DNA of 64,000 nucleotides from an uncultured Planctomycetota bacterium (GTDB lineage: Bacteria > Planctomycetota > Planctomycetia > Gemmatales > Gemmataceae), in assembly GCA_963783095.1 (NCBI GenBank), contig CAWAMR010000018.1, positions 9,920-73,919 of the forward strand, given 5' to 3'. Of this stretch, positions 1 to 10,362 are shown in pieces. Within the stretch, counting starts at the first letter, position 1. Each line of letters starts with the position of its first letter. The notes beneath the pieces are model-generated. The model was not told the origin of the DNA. It saw only the letters and a program-made list of their open reading frames with translations, and searched no databases. Position numbers and translations under genes: made by a program.

Positions 1-250
1 CAATTCGGAGTTGATTGACGGCAAAATCCGTCACGAGGACGGCACGGTTGCCAGGCTCCTGCGAAAGTTCGACGATAATAGGAAGCTGGTCGATGAATTG
101 TTCCTGATGTTTTATTCCCGGCTGCCGACCGATCATGAAAAGTTAATTGTGGCCGAGCACTTCCGCAAATATCCGAATAGCCGAAGAACTGCTGCGGAAG
201 ACTTGGTCTGGACGATGGTGAATAGTAAAGAATTTTTGTTTAATAGATGA
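1..250 (+). CDS. DUF1553 (PSD1-like) family protein, C-terminal fragment; gene continues upstream of window
   Basis: ORF frame open from window edge. The C-terminal motif ...LVDELFLMFYSRLPTDHEK... is typical of planctomycete DUF1553 proteins, which precede DUF1501 genes. Confidence 0.6.
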   Translation, partial: NSELIDGKIRHEDGTVARLLRKFDDNRKLVDELFLMFYSRLPTDHEKLIVAEHFRKYPNSRRTAAEDLVWTMVNSKEFLFNR

Positions 251-260
251 AAATAATATT

Positions 261-387
261 CTAACCACAGAGTCACAGAGGACACAGAGATGACAAAATA
301 CACCGCACACGTACATTGATGTTCATCCCTGTGTAATCTAGGCTTCATGTTTTGTCTTCTCTGTGACCTCTGTGACTCTGTGGTTAG
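261..387. repeat. Inverted repeat with ~29 bp arms built from tandem CACAGAG-like units and a ~67 nt spacer, lying between the DUF1553 stop and the DUF1501 start
   Basis: ctaaccacagagtcacagaggacacagaga ... tctctgtgacctctgtgactctgtggttag; the arms are reverse complements with 1-2 mismatches. Confidence 0.6.
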
Positions 388-414
388 GTTGATTTGAAAC
401 TGTTGGAGCAAATC

Positions 415-1743
415 ATGCCGAAAATATCCCCTGCTTTCTGCGATGGCTTGACCCGTCGAGACGCTCTTCGACTCGGCACTGCGGGTTTGTTCGGCATGGG
501 CCTGTCGCTTCCGCAACTGCTCGCGGCCGAGTCGCAGAAGCCCCACGCGCCGGCGAAGGCGATGATCTTTCTATTCCTTCATGGCGGCCTGAGCACCATG
601 GACACCTTCGATCTGAAGCCGGATGCGCCTGTCGAGTTTCGCGGCGAGTTCAAGCCGATCGCTACCAATGTCAAGGGAGTCCAGGTTTGCGAACACTTGC
701 CCAAGGTCGCACAGGTCATGGATAAAGTGTCGCTCATTCGTTCCTTCCGCCATCATAACTCGGATCACGGCGCTGCCGATCACTATATGCTGACCGGTTA
801 CTTTCCGGGGCCAGGGTTCAATCCCAATCTCAACCCCAACAATCAACGGCCCGCGCACGGCTCCATCATCGCGCGAAAGCTTGGCCCGCGCGGCTCCGTT
901 CCGCCGTACGTTTGCTTGCCGAAGATTCATCCCAGTTTCGGATCGGCCTATTTGGGTGCATCGGCCGCCCCCTTCGGCGTCGATGGCGATCCCAATGCAC
1001 CGACTTTTAGCGTCCCCGACGTGCTGCCGCCGATCAACATCGCCGCGAATCGCCTATCGGATCGCCGTCGGTTATTGACCGAGATGGATCATCTGCAACA
1101 AAGCGGTGAAGTCGCCGCCAATAAGCATGCCGAGACGGTGGATGTGTTTCAGAAGAAAGCATTCGAGTTGATGACCTTGCCCGCAGCGAAGAAAGCGTTC
1201 GACATTCAGTCCGAATCGGCGAAGTTGCGGGATGCTTACGGCCGGCATTCCCTGGGCCAGTCCTGCCTGATGGCCCGCCGGCTGGTGGAAGCCGGGGTAC
1301 GCTGCGTCTCGGTCGACCATAGCAACTGGGACACCCACGACAACAACTTTGCCATCTTGAAGAATAGCCTGGTTCCTTCGCTCGATAGTGCGATGTCAAC
1401 GCTGTTCCGCGACCTGGCCGATCGGGGAATGCTCGATTCCACACTGGTCGTCATCACCGGCGAGTTTGGCAGAACGCCGCGGATCAACAAGAACGCGGGC
1501 CGGGATCACTGGGGACCATCCTTCACGGTAATCCTGGGTGGCGGCGGGATCAAGGGTGGTCGAGTCATCGGCAAATCCGATGCGCGTGCGGAACGACCGG
1601 CCAGCGATCCTTTTGGTCCGGAAGATCTCTCGGCGACGATGTATCAACTACTGGGTATCGATCCGAAAGAGGAATTTCATACTCCCGACGGCCGGCCTGT
1701 TGCGATCGTCAACAACGGCAAGGTGATCCACGATTTGCTGTGA
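415..1743 (+). CDS. DUF1501 domain protein (sulfatase-like fold) with Tat-type signal
   Basis: N-terminus MPKISPAFCDGLTRRDALRLGTAGLFGMGLSL (twin-arginine motif). Motifs FDLKPDAP, HGSD, DHWG and a C-terminal GRP...I are typical of DUF1501. ATG at 415 is preferred over the TTG at 394. Confidence 0.85.
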   Translation: MPKISPAFCDGLTRRDALRLGTAGLFGMGLSLPQLLAAESQKPHAPAKAMIFLFLHGGLSTMDTFDLKPDAPVEFRGEFKPIATNVKGVQVCEHLPKVAQVMDKVSLIRSFRHHNSDHGAADHYMLTGYFPGPGFNPNLNPNNQRPAHGSIIARKLGPRGSVPPYVCLPKIHPSFGSAYLGASAAPFGVDGDPNAPTFSVPDVLPPINIAANRLSDRRRLLTEMDHLQQSGEVAANKHAETVDVFQKKAFELMTLPAAKKAFDIQSESAKLRDAYGRHSLGQSCLMARRLVEAGVRCVSVDHSNWDTHDNNFAILKNSLVPSLDSAMSTLFRDLADRGMLDSTLVVITGEFGRTPRINKNAGRDHWGPSFTVILGGGGIKGGRVIGKSDARAERPASDPFGPEDLSATMYQLLGIDPKEEFHTPDGRPVAIVNNGKVIHDLL

Positions 1744-1775
1744 CCAAAACTGGGCGAGCAGGGAACGGGAGCGGT

Positions 1776-2120
1776 ATGATCGTCGGCGCACATGTTGTCA
1801 TCTACAGCACGAATCCCGATGTGGACCGCGCTTTTCTGCGCGACGTGCTCAAACTGACACACGTCGACGTGGGTGGGGGTTGGCTGATATTCGGTTTGCC
1901 GCCGTCAGAAGTCGCCGTCCATCCCTCGGAAAAGAGTGATGTGCATGAGCTATATTTGATGTGCGACGACGTGCAATCGTTCATTGTCGAGATGCAGCGA
2001 CACGGTATTGCGTGCGGCCCAGTTCAAAGCATGGGCTGGGGCTTGTTGACACAGTTGACGCTGCCGGGCGGTGGGAAACTTGGGGTTTATCAGCCAAGGC
2101 ACGATCGGCCAAAGGCATGA
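1776..2120 (+). CDS. VOC/glyoxalase-bleomycin-resistance family small protein
   Basis: MIVGAHVVIYSTNPDVDRAFLRDVLKL...GGGWLIF...VHELYLMCDDV pattern, ~115 aa. Start could instead be the GTG at 1740, which overlaps the upstream stop. Confidence 0.5.
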   Translation: MIVGAHVVIYSTNPDVDRAFLRDVLKLTHVDVGGGWLIFGLPPSEVAVHPSEKSDVHELYLMCDDVQSFIVEMQRHGIACGPVQSMGWGLLTQLTLPGGGKLGVYQPRHDRPKA

Positions 2121-2169
2121 CCTCGGCGTGGGCTCTTGCCCTGCCTTGCGTCGTTTTGGGATTATTCAG

Positions 2170-4550
2170 ATGCAGCGCAGCATTAGCCGAGCCACGCGAA
2201 TCAGGTTTCTCTCAATTCTGCTGACTTGCCTTGCAGCAACTCCGCTGCGAGCGGAGCAGCCGGTCGGCGTTTACCTTTTTCCCGCCGGCGCTCAGCGCGG
2301 CACCTCTCCCGAGATCCTCATCGGCGGCTTGTTTCTCAACAAAACCTGCAACCTGGAAATCCTGGGTGCCGGCATCGAAGCACCCAAACAAATCCATCGC
2401 GCTATCTCACCCTGGTTCGAGGGGCCGGTCCTGCCCTTGCCGGAGTCGCAGCGACAAGAAGATTATCCGCGTGCGATGTCGGCGAAGTTCCAGATTCAAC
2501 CGGATGCCAAGCTGGGTAGTCGGGAAGTGCGGATGTGGACTTCGCAAGGCGTCACCGCCCCCCTGAAGTTCATCGTTGGCGACTTGCCGGAGATTGTCGA
2601 AAAGGAAATCGCCGGAGAGCCGATCCCCGTTCCGGTTAAGGCTCCGGTAACGATCAATGGCCGGATTTTTCCGCACGAAGACATCGATATTTACACGGTC
2701 TCCCTGAAGAAGGATGAGACGATTACCTGTTCCGTCGACGCCGCCAAGCTAGGCTCACCGTTGCAAGCTCATCTTGAAATTCGCGATGAGCAGCAGCGCC
2801 GACTCGCCGAGAGCAGCGAGTGCCGGTATGCCGAGCCTCGACTGGCTTTCACAGCGCCGAAACAAGGAATTTACCAAATCGTCATCCGCGACCTTCGCTT
2901 TGACGGTGGATCGGCGTTCGTCTATCGCCTGACCATCCTGACGGGGCCATCGGTTGCGCGAGTCTTCCCGCTGGGTGCCCGGCGCGGCACCCAGACTCGA
3001 TTTGAGATTTCCGGACCCTCGCTTCGGAACAACATCGCGAGCCTGACCATCCCGCAAGATGCTCCCTCGTCCTATCGGACTCGGTTTCACGTTGGCGAAG
3101 AGGACACGAATCCCGTCGTACTGGATGTGGACGATCTCCCGGAGATCGTCGAAACGCAGCCTGCAACGGATCCGATCAAAGCCAATTTCCTTTCCGTGCC
3201 CGCGATTGGCAACGGCCGAATTTCCAAACCCGGCGAGATCGATGACTGGAGTTTTTCCGCTCGAAAGGGCGACGTGCTCGACATCGAACTTCGTGCGGCC
3301 CGGCTCGGTTCTCCTCTTTTGGGAATGTTGACGATTGTCGATCGATCGGGCAAAGTGCTTGCTCGTGACGAACCCGGAATTAGTTCCCATCCATCACTGC
3401 GATTCACTGCCCCACAGGATGGGCTTTACCGCATTCGGGTCCAGGATCAGTTCCGCTCGCGCGGTGGTTCCGACTATTCCTATCGGCTCCGCGTCGATCG
3501 TCCCAAACAAAGTTTTGCACTGCATTTCAGCACGCCGTCGCTGACTGTTCTCCAGGGTGCTCAGACACCTTTGAAATTGACGGTCAATCGAATGGGTGGG
3601 TTCACCGGCCCCATATTCCTGCGTGTTGAGGGAGTTCCTCCGGGAATCACGCTGCCAAAAGAGTTGCTGATCGCCGCGAATCAAAGTAGCGTCGATGTTC
3701 CACTGAAGACGGAAAAAACCATACCGCTCGGTTCGTCGATTATTCGAGTTACCGGCACGGCGTTTTTGCCCAATGCGTTTAGCTCCATCCCGCTTCCGAT
3801 GCAGCGGGAAGCCGTTCTTGACGCGTATAGTGATGATCTGGCGTTCTCGCAGGTTCGTCTGGTTGTTGCGATCGCTACACCCTTCAAAATCGTCGGTGAA
3901 TATGTGTCCAACCAGGTGCCGCGCGGGACGATGTACACGCGCCGATACAAGATCGAGCGCGCAACGGCTTCACAGGGCCCATCGAGATTGCGATGGCGGA
4001 TCGCCAGGCCCGTCACCTGCAAGGTGCGGCAGGGCCAACGATCATCGTTCCGGCAGACAAGAATGAATTCGAATATAACGTGCAATTGCCGCCCTGGATG
4101 GAAACCGGGCGAACGTGCCGCGTTTGTGTGATGGGAACGGGTGTCATCAAGCAAAGCGACGGCACCGAGCATGTGGTGGTGTTCTCTTCTCGCGAGCAAA
4201 ACGATCAAATCATCGCGGTCGTCGAACCCGAAAGACTCGCTCTGATTGTGGATCGCACCAGTTTGCGGGTCGAAGCGGGACAGAAAATCGAGATTCCGGT
4301 TGAGATTCGGCGAGGTGAAGGATTGAAGGGCCCCGGACGGCTCGAATTGATCGTGCCGGAAACCATCTTGGACATTCGCGCAAATGCGGTGACAATTCCA
4401 GCCGATTCGGGTCGAGGCACTTTGACGGTCAGCTTCGGACCCAGCGCCAAAGGGCCATTTCCCGTACCGATTATCGTTCGCGCAACCGTCGATGATCGCG
4501 GCAAGCCTGTGGTGGCGGAAGCGAAACTCGACCTCGTAGGCAGTCGATAA
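2170..4550 (+). CDS. Large secreted protein with at least three PPC (bacterial pre-peptidase C-terminal)-like domains; apparent frameshift near 3965-3990
   Basis: Signal peptide MQRSISRATRIRFLSILLTCLAATPLRA. Repeated G(R/N)I...DIDxYTV/DDWSF...LGSPL...YR(L/I)RV modules. ORF 2071..4131 ends in an R-rich non-protein-like tail, whereas the overlapping ORF 3993..4550 in another frame is protein-like. Confidence 0.6.
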
Positions 4551-4655
4551 CGCTATGAAAATCCGTCGCCGATCGGGTGGCGATGAGGTTCATTTCCCCT
4601 TACAATGCCCTGTGTTGCCTCTCCGTGCTGCCCAAATACCTGGGAGTATTCAGTT

Positions 4656-5540
4656 ATGTTGATGCGTCGATGGTTTATTAGTGCGTTGCTGTGTTCCGTA
4701 CTCGTCGGTACGACACAGGCGGCGGAAACGCCGAAGAAACGGCTCCTGCTCGTGACCGATTCGGGCGGCTTTATCCACGATTCCGTGGGGCTGGCCGAGA
4801 AGATCCTCAAAGAGATCGGGCCCGATTACGGCTTTGAAGTGACCTGCTATCGCTTCACGCGCGATCCTGAAGATGCGAAGGTTTTTGACGAATACGCCAA
4901 GCGTTTTCGCGGAACCACCGGTGTGCCGGTCGAGAAAGAAAATTGCGGCCGGGTCAACGCCGAGACGCTGAAGAAATTCGATGTGGTGCTGTTCTTCACG
5001 ACGGGAAACCCGCTCAACGAACAGGAAGTCAACGATCTGGTTGCCTGGGTGAAGGCAGGAGGCGCAGTGGCCGGTACTCACTGCGGTTCGGACACGCTCT
5101 ATTTCAGCAAGGATCGCCCCTGGAACGCCGGTTACGGCGAGCTGATCGGGGCCTATTTCGACGGTCATCCCTGGCATCAGAAGATCAAGCTGAAAGTGGA
5201 AGACCCAAAACACGCCGCCGGGAAAAGTTTCAAGGATGGCGATGAAATCACCGACGAGATTTACCAGTTCAAACCGCAGCCGTATAGTCGGGAAAAACTG
5301 CACATCATCATGAGCGTGGACAATTCTTCGATCGACGTCAAGAAAGGCAAGCGGCCCGATAATGATTATGCCGTGGCGTGGTGCCGGGAAATCGGCAAGG
5401 GCCGAACCTTCTACACGTCGCTCGGACATCGCCAGGATGTCTGGAAAGACAAGCGGTTTCAAGAACACCTCATGAATGGTTTGAAGTGGACGGTTCGCAC
5501 AGCGGAGGGCGACGCCACACCGAGTGGCAAGGCGAAATAA
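4656..5540 (+). CDS. ThuA-domain (trehalose-utilisation-like, class I GATase-like fold) protein with signal peptide
   Basis: MLMRRWFISALLCSVLVGTTQA signal; RLLLVTDSGGFIHDS, VLFFTTGNPLNEQEVNDL, GGAVAGTHCGSDT and WCREIGKGRTFYTSLGH motifs. Confidence 0.7.
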   Translation: MLMRRWFISALLCSVLVGTTQAAETPKKRLLLVTDSGGFIHDSVGLAEKILKEIGPDYGFEVTCYRFTRDPEDAKVFDEYAKRFRGTTGVPVEKENCGRVNAETLKKFDVVLFFTTGNPLNEQEVNDLVAWVKAGGAVAGTHCGSDTLYFSKDRPWNAGYGELIGAYFDGHPWHQKIKLKVEDPKHAAGKSFKDGDEITDEIYQFKPQPYSREKLHIIMSVDNSSIDVKKGKRPDNDYAVAWCREIGKGRTFYTSLGHRQDVWKDKRFQEHLMNGLKWTVRTAEGDATPSGKAK

Positions 5541-5631
5541 TTAAGAACTCGACGCGTCAGCGAGGGATGAACTCCGACCCTCGCTGACGGCCGGGTGAAG
5601 GAAATTCCAAAAGCCCGACGCGGAAGTTCGC

Positions 5632-6544
5632 ATGGATCCATTTGCAGCGCTGGTTCCTCCCCTCTTGACGGCTGACCTTCCAGGCATCGGCGGACAAATC
5701 AAGGCCCAGCCCGAAGATTTCGAGGTCGAGGAGATACCGGCTTACGAGCCGGGCGGCAGCGGCGATCATCTCTTTTTGTGGATCGAAAAGCGCGATATGG
5801 GGCGGAATTCTTTAGCCGGCAGATCGTGCGCGACTGGGTATCGCGCCCGGCGACGTGGGCATGGCGGGGTTGAAAGATCGTCATGCCATCACCCGGCAAT
5901 ATGTTTCCGTGCCGGCATCTGCGGAAGAGAAACTTTCGCAATTGGAAGGCGATGGGATTCGCCTTCTTCGACATGCCCGACACAACAATAAACTTCGACC
6001 CGGCCATTTACGCGGCAATCTTTTCCGCATCTTGATCCGAGACGTCGATCCAGCGCTGGCTCCGAATCTGGAAGCAATCCTTTCTCGCATCGAACAATTC
6101 GGGCTTCCCAATTTTTATGGCGACCAGCGTTTCGGCAAGGACGGTGAAACCGCCCACCTGGGAATGGCCCTTCTCAAGGGCGAGGGGAAGCCGATCCGAG
6201 CGCCCTTTCTGCGAAAACTCTCATTGTCGGCGGCGCAATCTCTGTTGTTCAATGCCTATCTCGCACAGCGCATGAAAGATGGTTTGATGCGAACGGTGTT
6301 GCCGGGAGATGTAATGGCCAAATGGCCGGCAGGAGGGATGTTCACTGCTGAGGATGTCGAAGTGGAGCAGGTGCGCGTCGATGTGCGTGAAACCGTCCCT
6401 GCGGGACCGATGTTTGGTCGAAAGACATTCCCATCAAAAGGAGTTGCCGCCGAGCGAGAAGCGAAAATTCTCGAAGACGCAGGGTTGACGAAGCGATCGT
6501 TTCGACGGCTTTGGAAAACTGCTGATGGGAACCCGACGACATAA
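5632..6544 (+). CDS. truD: tRNA pseudouridine(13) synthase TruD; single apparent +1 frameshift near 5825-5830
   Basis: [31 protein letters not shown] in ORF 5632, then [28 protein letters not shown] in ORF 5855 in another frame. Together these match the conserved TruD N-terminus including the catalytic-Asp region GLKDRHA. Confidence 0.8.
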
Positions 6545-6778
6545 TTTCGTCTATGTGGGCGAAGTCCAGACGGCATGGGAAGCGGAAGGTGTCAGATTAT
6601 CGTTTAGTTTGCCTGCGGGCAGTTATGCGACGGTGTTGTTGTGGGAAATCACTCGCGGAGCGATGCCGGAGATCGGGGAAGGGTGATACGACCTGGCGGA
6701 ATGATTGGGCCTATCGCAACTATCGCAACAACAATTGCGTCGATCAGTGCTTCTTGTCACAATAACTATATATCGGGA

Positions 6779-7078
6779 ATGATTGAGCTGAAACGATCGC
6801 AGTCGCGGCCTTTGGATGATCTCTTGGAGAAACTTATGGCAAGCGTCCCGCTAAGAACGGAATCGGAATTGGTCCGGCAATCGGAGGCGACACAACCTAA
6901 GTCGCTGAAACGAGTCAATGGAGAAGAGCGAACCAGTGCGGTTGATTCCCTGCTTGAATCGGAAACAAACGATCGGGCAGTTTCATTTGAAGAATTTCTA
7001 AGTTGCGAATTCACCGATGCGCTACTCGATCACTTCCATCGCGCCAAAAGAGCCGCTCTGCTTGAGAATGGAGAGTAG
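6779..7078 (+). CDS. Small acidic protein immediately upstream of the zeta-toxin gene; putative antitoxin
   Basis: ~100 aa starting MIELKRSQSRPLDDLLEKL; the 7 nt gap to the toxin gene fits a TA operon. No recognisable family. Confidence 0.4.
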   Translation: MIELKRSQSRPLDDLLEKLMASVPLRTESELVRQSEATQPKSLKRVNGEERTSAVDSLLESETNDRAVSFEEFLSCEFTDALLDHFHRAKRAALLENGE

Positions 7079-7084
7079 TTTGAC

Positions 7085-7732
7085 ATGCAGGTTCCTCAGC
7101 TCTGGATCGTTGCTGGTCCGAATGGCGCAGGCAAAACGACTTGTGTGCAAAAAGAGCCAATTTCGCAAATTCTGCCCAGTGTTACTTTTCTCAATCCCGA
7201 TAATTTGACCTTGGAAAAACTGGTTGCAAGGGGATATTCTGGATTCGCCGATGCTCCTGTCGATATCCAAACCAGCTTGTTTTTTGAATCTGCGGATGAG
7301 GTTTTCGCTCGACTAACGGACGCATTATCCCAAAATCAGTCAGTAGGCGTTGAAACGGTTCTCAGCAGCGACAAGTATCGTCCACTGGTTGAGTTGGTCG
7401 AGGAAAAAGCCGGATTTGTCGGACTCATCTATATCACCTTGACATCTCCTGCAATTGCTCAGCAGCGCGTAGCCCAACGGGTCCGACGTGGTGGACATGG
7501 GGTTCCCGATGACAAGATCGAGAAGCGATTCTTTCGGTCGATCGAGAATTTGACCTGGTTCGCAAGTCGTGCAACGGCGTTCTGGGTAATAGACAATTCG
7601 GATTCTGATCCGAACAATCCTCCTCAGCTGATTGCGTTCGGCAAACGTGGAGTTCTCCATTTTCTCGATCTTCAAGCAAATCCCGCAATACAGTCGGCAT
7701 TCGCGATGTTTCCTCGCCATGAGCCGAGTTGA
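7085..7732 (+). CDS. Zeta-toxin family P-loop kinase (PezT/zeta-like)
   Basis: Walker A IVAGPNGAGKTT and the zeta signature ...RVRRGGHGVPDDKIEKRF... Confidence 0.75.
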   Translation: MQVPQLWIVAGPNGAGKTTCVQKEPISQILPSVTFLNPDNLTLEKLVARGYSGFADAPVDIQTSLFFESADEVFARLTDALSQNQSVGVETVLSSDKYRPLVELVEEKAGFVGLIYITLTSPAIAQQRVAQRVRRGGHGVPDDKIEKRFFRSIENLTWFASRATAFWVIDNSDSDPNNPPQLIAFGKRGVLHFLDLQANPAIQSAFAMFPRHEPS

Positions 7733-8529
7733 GTCTGAACCACGAAGCCACCAATTTATGGGACACCTTTAGAAACTACTTTTGCGGCATCAAACGTCCA
7801 ATCACTCGCCGAGCCGTTGCCGGCGTTGCCTGGCGAGTATATTTGCATCAATCGCCCCTCGATTATGCACATTATAATAGATTGGTGCAAGAACAACCGA
7901 TTTTTGTGGACGTTCTCTTGGCAAGAAGGCTGTCGTACGAAATGTGGCATGGGCAATTGTCATCGCCTCCGCGGAATCACAAGATGAAATTCACCGAATC
8001 CGACATCCAAACTCGCTTTGAAAAAGCACGCGACGAAGCGATGGAGTTGCTTTCCAGGCTGGAGGTAGCCAACGGCCGTAAACCAGAAAAACTGAGAGGA
8101 TTAACTGGCTGGATTTATGAGCAGACCATCCGCAGTTGCTTGGAAGAAGAATTGGAAATCCTGGGGATTGCACCCGAGATCAGTGAGCAGGTGCGTTTGG
8201 GCAAGACAGGGCGCATCACCCTTGATCTGGTCGTTGGTCAAGTTGTAATCGAAATCAAATATGGCGGTTTCATTGGCTCAGCGGATCCAGAAAAATATCG
8301 AAAATACAGGGAACAGAGAACCGAATGTTACAACTTGCTACAAGTTTTTCAGCAGTCAGAGCCGCGACCGTTAGTAGGAAGCGATGTGGCCGTGAACAAA
8401 ACGCTACAACTTGCTACAGATTTTCAGGTTGCTCAAAAACCGGGAAATGCAAACGAACAATCTGGTGAACAAAATATTACAATTGGATCAGCGTTACAGA
8501 AACCAACCGTGTGGAAGTCGTTTTCCTGA
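7729..8529 (+). CDS. Hypothetical protein, third gene of the zeta operon (start uncertain)
   Basis: ORF starts with a TTG overlapping the zeta stop (TTGA), but an internal ATG at MKFTESDIQ is also possible. No family recognised. Contains a 23 nt internal direct repeat. Confidence 0.4.
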   Translation: MSLNHEATNLWDTFRNYFCGIKRPITRRAVAGVAWRVYLHQSPLDYAHYNRLVQEQPIFVDVLLARRLSYEMWHGQLSSPPRNHKMKFTESDIQTRFEKARDEAMELLSRLEVANGRKPEKLRGLTGWIYEQTIRSCLEEELEILGIAPEISEQVRLGKTGRITLDLVVGQVVIEIKYGGFIGSADPEKYRKYREQRTECYNLLQVFQQSEPRPLVGSDVAVNKTLQLATDFQVAQKPGNANEQSGEQNITIGSALQKPTVWKSFS

Positions 8530-8613
8530 AACCCGTCCACACCGTTGTCGGGTACAATATGTACCACTATTCACACTCAACCATTGCCCCCGCCGAACAT
8601 CCGGGAGGAATCC

Positions 8614-10362
8614 ATGCGTACTGTCCCTCGAATGATCCTCGCCGGGTTTATCGCGTTCACTCTCTTTTGCCCCATTCTCGCGTCCGCGGCAACTAAAGAT
8701 CCGCTTCGATTCATCCCCGACAAAACCGACCTCGTCCTCAAAATTGAGCGGCCTCGCCAATTCATCGAAGCCTTCTCGAAACTGGATGCCGTCAAGGACG
8801 CTCAACAACTCGATCCCGTCCGGAAGGTGCTCGATACGGCCCCCGTGCGGCGATTTTTCCAACTGGTCGCCTATTATGAGCGTGACCTCGGTCATTCCTG
8901 GCCCGAACTCATCGACAAGCTGGCCGGCGGCGGCATTGCTCTGGGAGTGAAATACGAGAACGGCCCCGCAAGCCCGGCTCTTATCGCAATTCAGGGTACC
9001 GATGCAGCCGTCATGAAGAAGTTTCTGGAAAGTGCGAGCAAGGTTCTTGAACAGGAGTTCAACCGCGAGGAGGTGAGGACCAAACTGTCCAGGATCCGGT
9101 ACAAGGAATTTGAAATCTGGACCTATGGCGATGGACTTAATCTGGCACTGGTCAACGATGTCATTCTCGCTTCCAATAGCCCCAAAACTCTACATACGAG
9201 CCTCGACCTGGAGTCCGGTATGCGTGCCGGCAAGCCCGCGCCTTCCATTCTCGACGTCAAGGGAATCGTCGATGCGAAGAAGCTGTTGCCAGCCGATCCG
9301 CTCATGTGGGCCTGGCTTAACCTGGAATATGTCAAGCAACGGCCCGAAGCGAAGACCGTCTTCACCACACCGCGGAACGATAACAATCTCACAATCCTGT
9401 TCGCAGGTTTGCTCGATGCCGCCCGCCGGTCTCCCTTCCTCGCGTTTGGATTCTACAAGACTTCCCAGGGCTTCACTGCAACCCTGCGAATGCCGGCCGG
9501 CCGGGAAGGCCGTGGAGCAGATGTCGTGTTGCATCTTCCCGAAGATAAAAACAGCACCTGCACGCTGCCCCTCCTGGAGCCGAGGGGAGTCATCTTTAGT
9601 CACAGTTTCTATCTCGATCTGGGAGCCATTTGGGAAAAACGCGACAAGATCTTCAATGAGAAGAACGCCAAGGAATTTGAAAAATCGGTCAAGGAGGCGT
9701 CGCGATTTCTGCCTGGCGCGTCGATCGACAAGTTGTTTATGCAAAGCGGCGTTTACCATCGCTTCCTTGTCGTTCAACCCGCAAAGCTGCCTTACACCAG
9801 GGAGCCTGGCGTTCGCCTCCCGGCCTTCGCCTTCGTGACCACCATGCGCGACGCGAGCTTTGCCAAGTCGATTGAACTTCTGATTCGAGGCGGAAGCGTG
9901 CTGGCGGGAACTCAGGTCAAGTTCAAGTCATTCGAGGAAAAGGTTGGAGATGTTTCGATACTTGGCTATCGCTTCCTGGAGGATGGCACTTTTGCCGCCG
10001 ATGAGCAGAATATCCGCTTTAACTTTGTGCCCTGCTTCGCCCACGTCAAGGATCAGATGATCTTCTGCACCAATCTCGAGTTGTTGAAGGAACTGATTCA
10101 ACTGGTTCAGAAGGAGGATCGGACCAAGTTGACGAAGAATATGCAGATGCGAGTATATGCCAAAGGACTTGCTGAACTGGCGAACGCCTCTCCGGAACAA
10201 CTGCTTACGCAGTCGATTCTGGCCCAGGCAATCCCGGAAGCGGAAGCGAAGAAGCAGGTAGAATCGCTCTTGAAGTATGCCCAGAACCTGGGAACGCTTC
10301 AGTTTGAAACCGACTGGTCCGCGCACGAGTTTCGTTTCAATATTTCTTGGAAATACAAATAG
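8614..10362 (+). CDS. Secreted hypothetical protein (~580 aa)
   Basis: GGGAGGA RBS upstream of the ATG. Signal peptide MRTVPRMILAGFIAFTLFCPILASAA. No recognisable catalytic motifs. Confidence 0.6.
   Translation: MRTVPRMILAGFIAFTLFCPILASAATKDPLRFIPDKTDLVLKIERPRQFIEAFSKLDAVKDAQQLDPVRKVLDTAPVRRFFQLVAYYERDLGHSWPELIDKLAGGGIALGVKYENGPASPALIAIQGTDAAVMKKFLESASKVLEQEFNREEVRTKLSRIRYKEFEIWTYGDGLNLALVNDVILASNSPKTLHTSLDLESGMRAGKPAPSILDVKGIVDAKKLLPADPLMWAWLNLEYVKQRPEAKTVFTTPRNDNNLTILFAGLLDAARRSPFLAFGFYKTSQGFTATLRMPAGREGRGADVVLHLPEDKNSTCTLPLLEPRGVIFSHSFYLDLGAIWEKRDKIFNEKNAKEFEKSVKEASRFLPGASIDKLFMQSGVYHRFLVVQPAKLPYTREPGVRLPAFAFVTTMRDASFAKSIELLIRGGSVLAGTQVKFKSFEEKVGDVSILGYRFLEDGTFAADEQNIRFNFVPCFAHVKDQMIFCTNLELLKELIQLVQKEDRTKLTKNMQMRVYAKGLAELANASPEQLLTQSILAQAIPEAEAKKQVESLLKYAQNLGTLQFETDWSAHEFRFNISWKYK

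Noticed and set aside
4650-5468. 272-aa - strand ORF
   Set aside because: Antisense shadow of the ThuA-like gene.
8330-8440. 23-nt direct repeat (tacaacttgctaca.(g/a)tttt(t)cag) as a regulatory or mobile element
   Set aside because: Only two copies, both inside one ORF's coding region, with no flanking structure; insufficient support.
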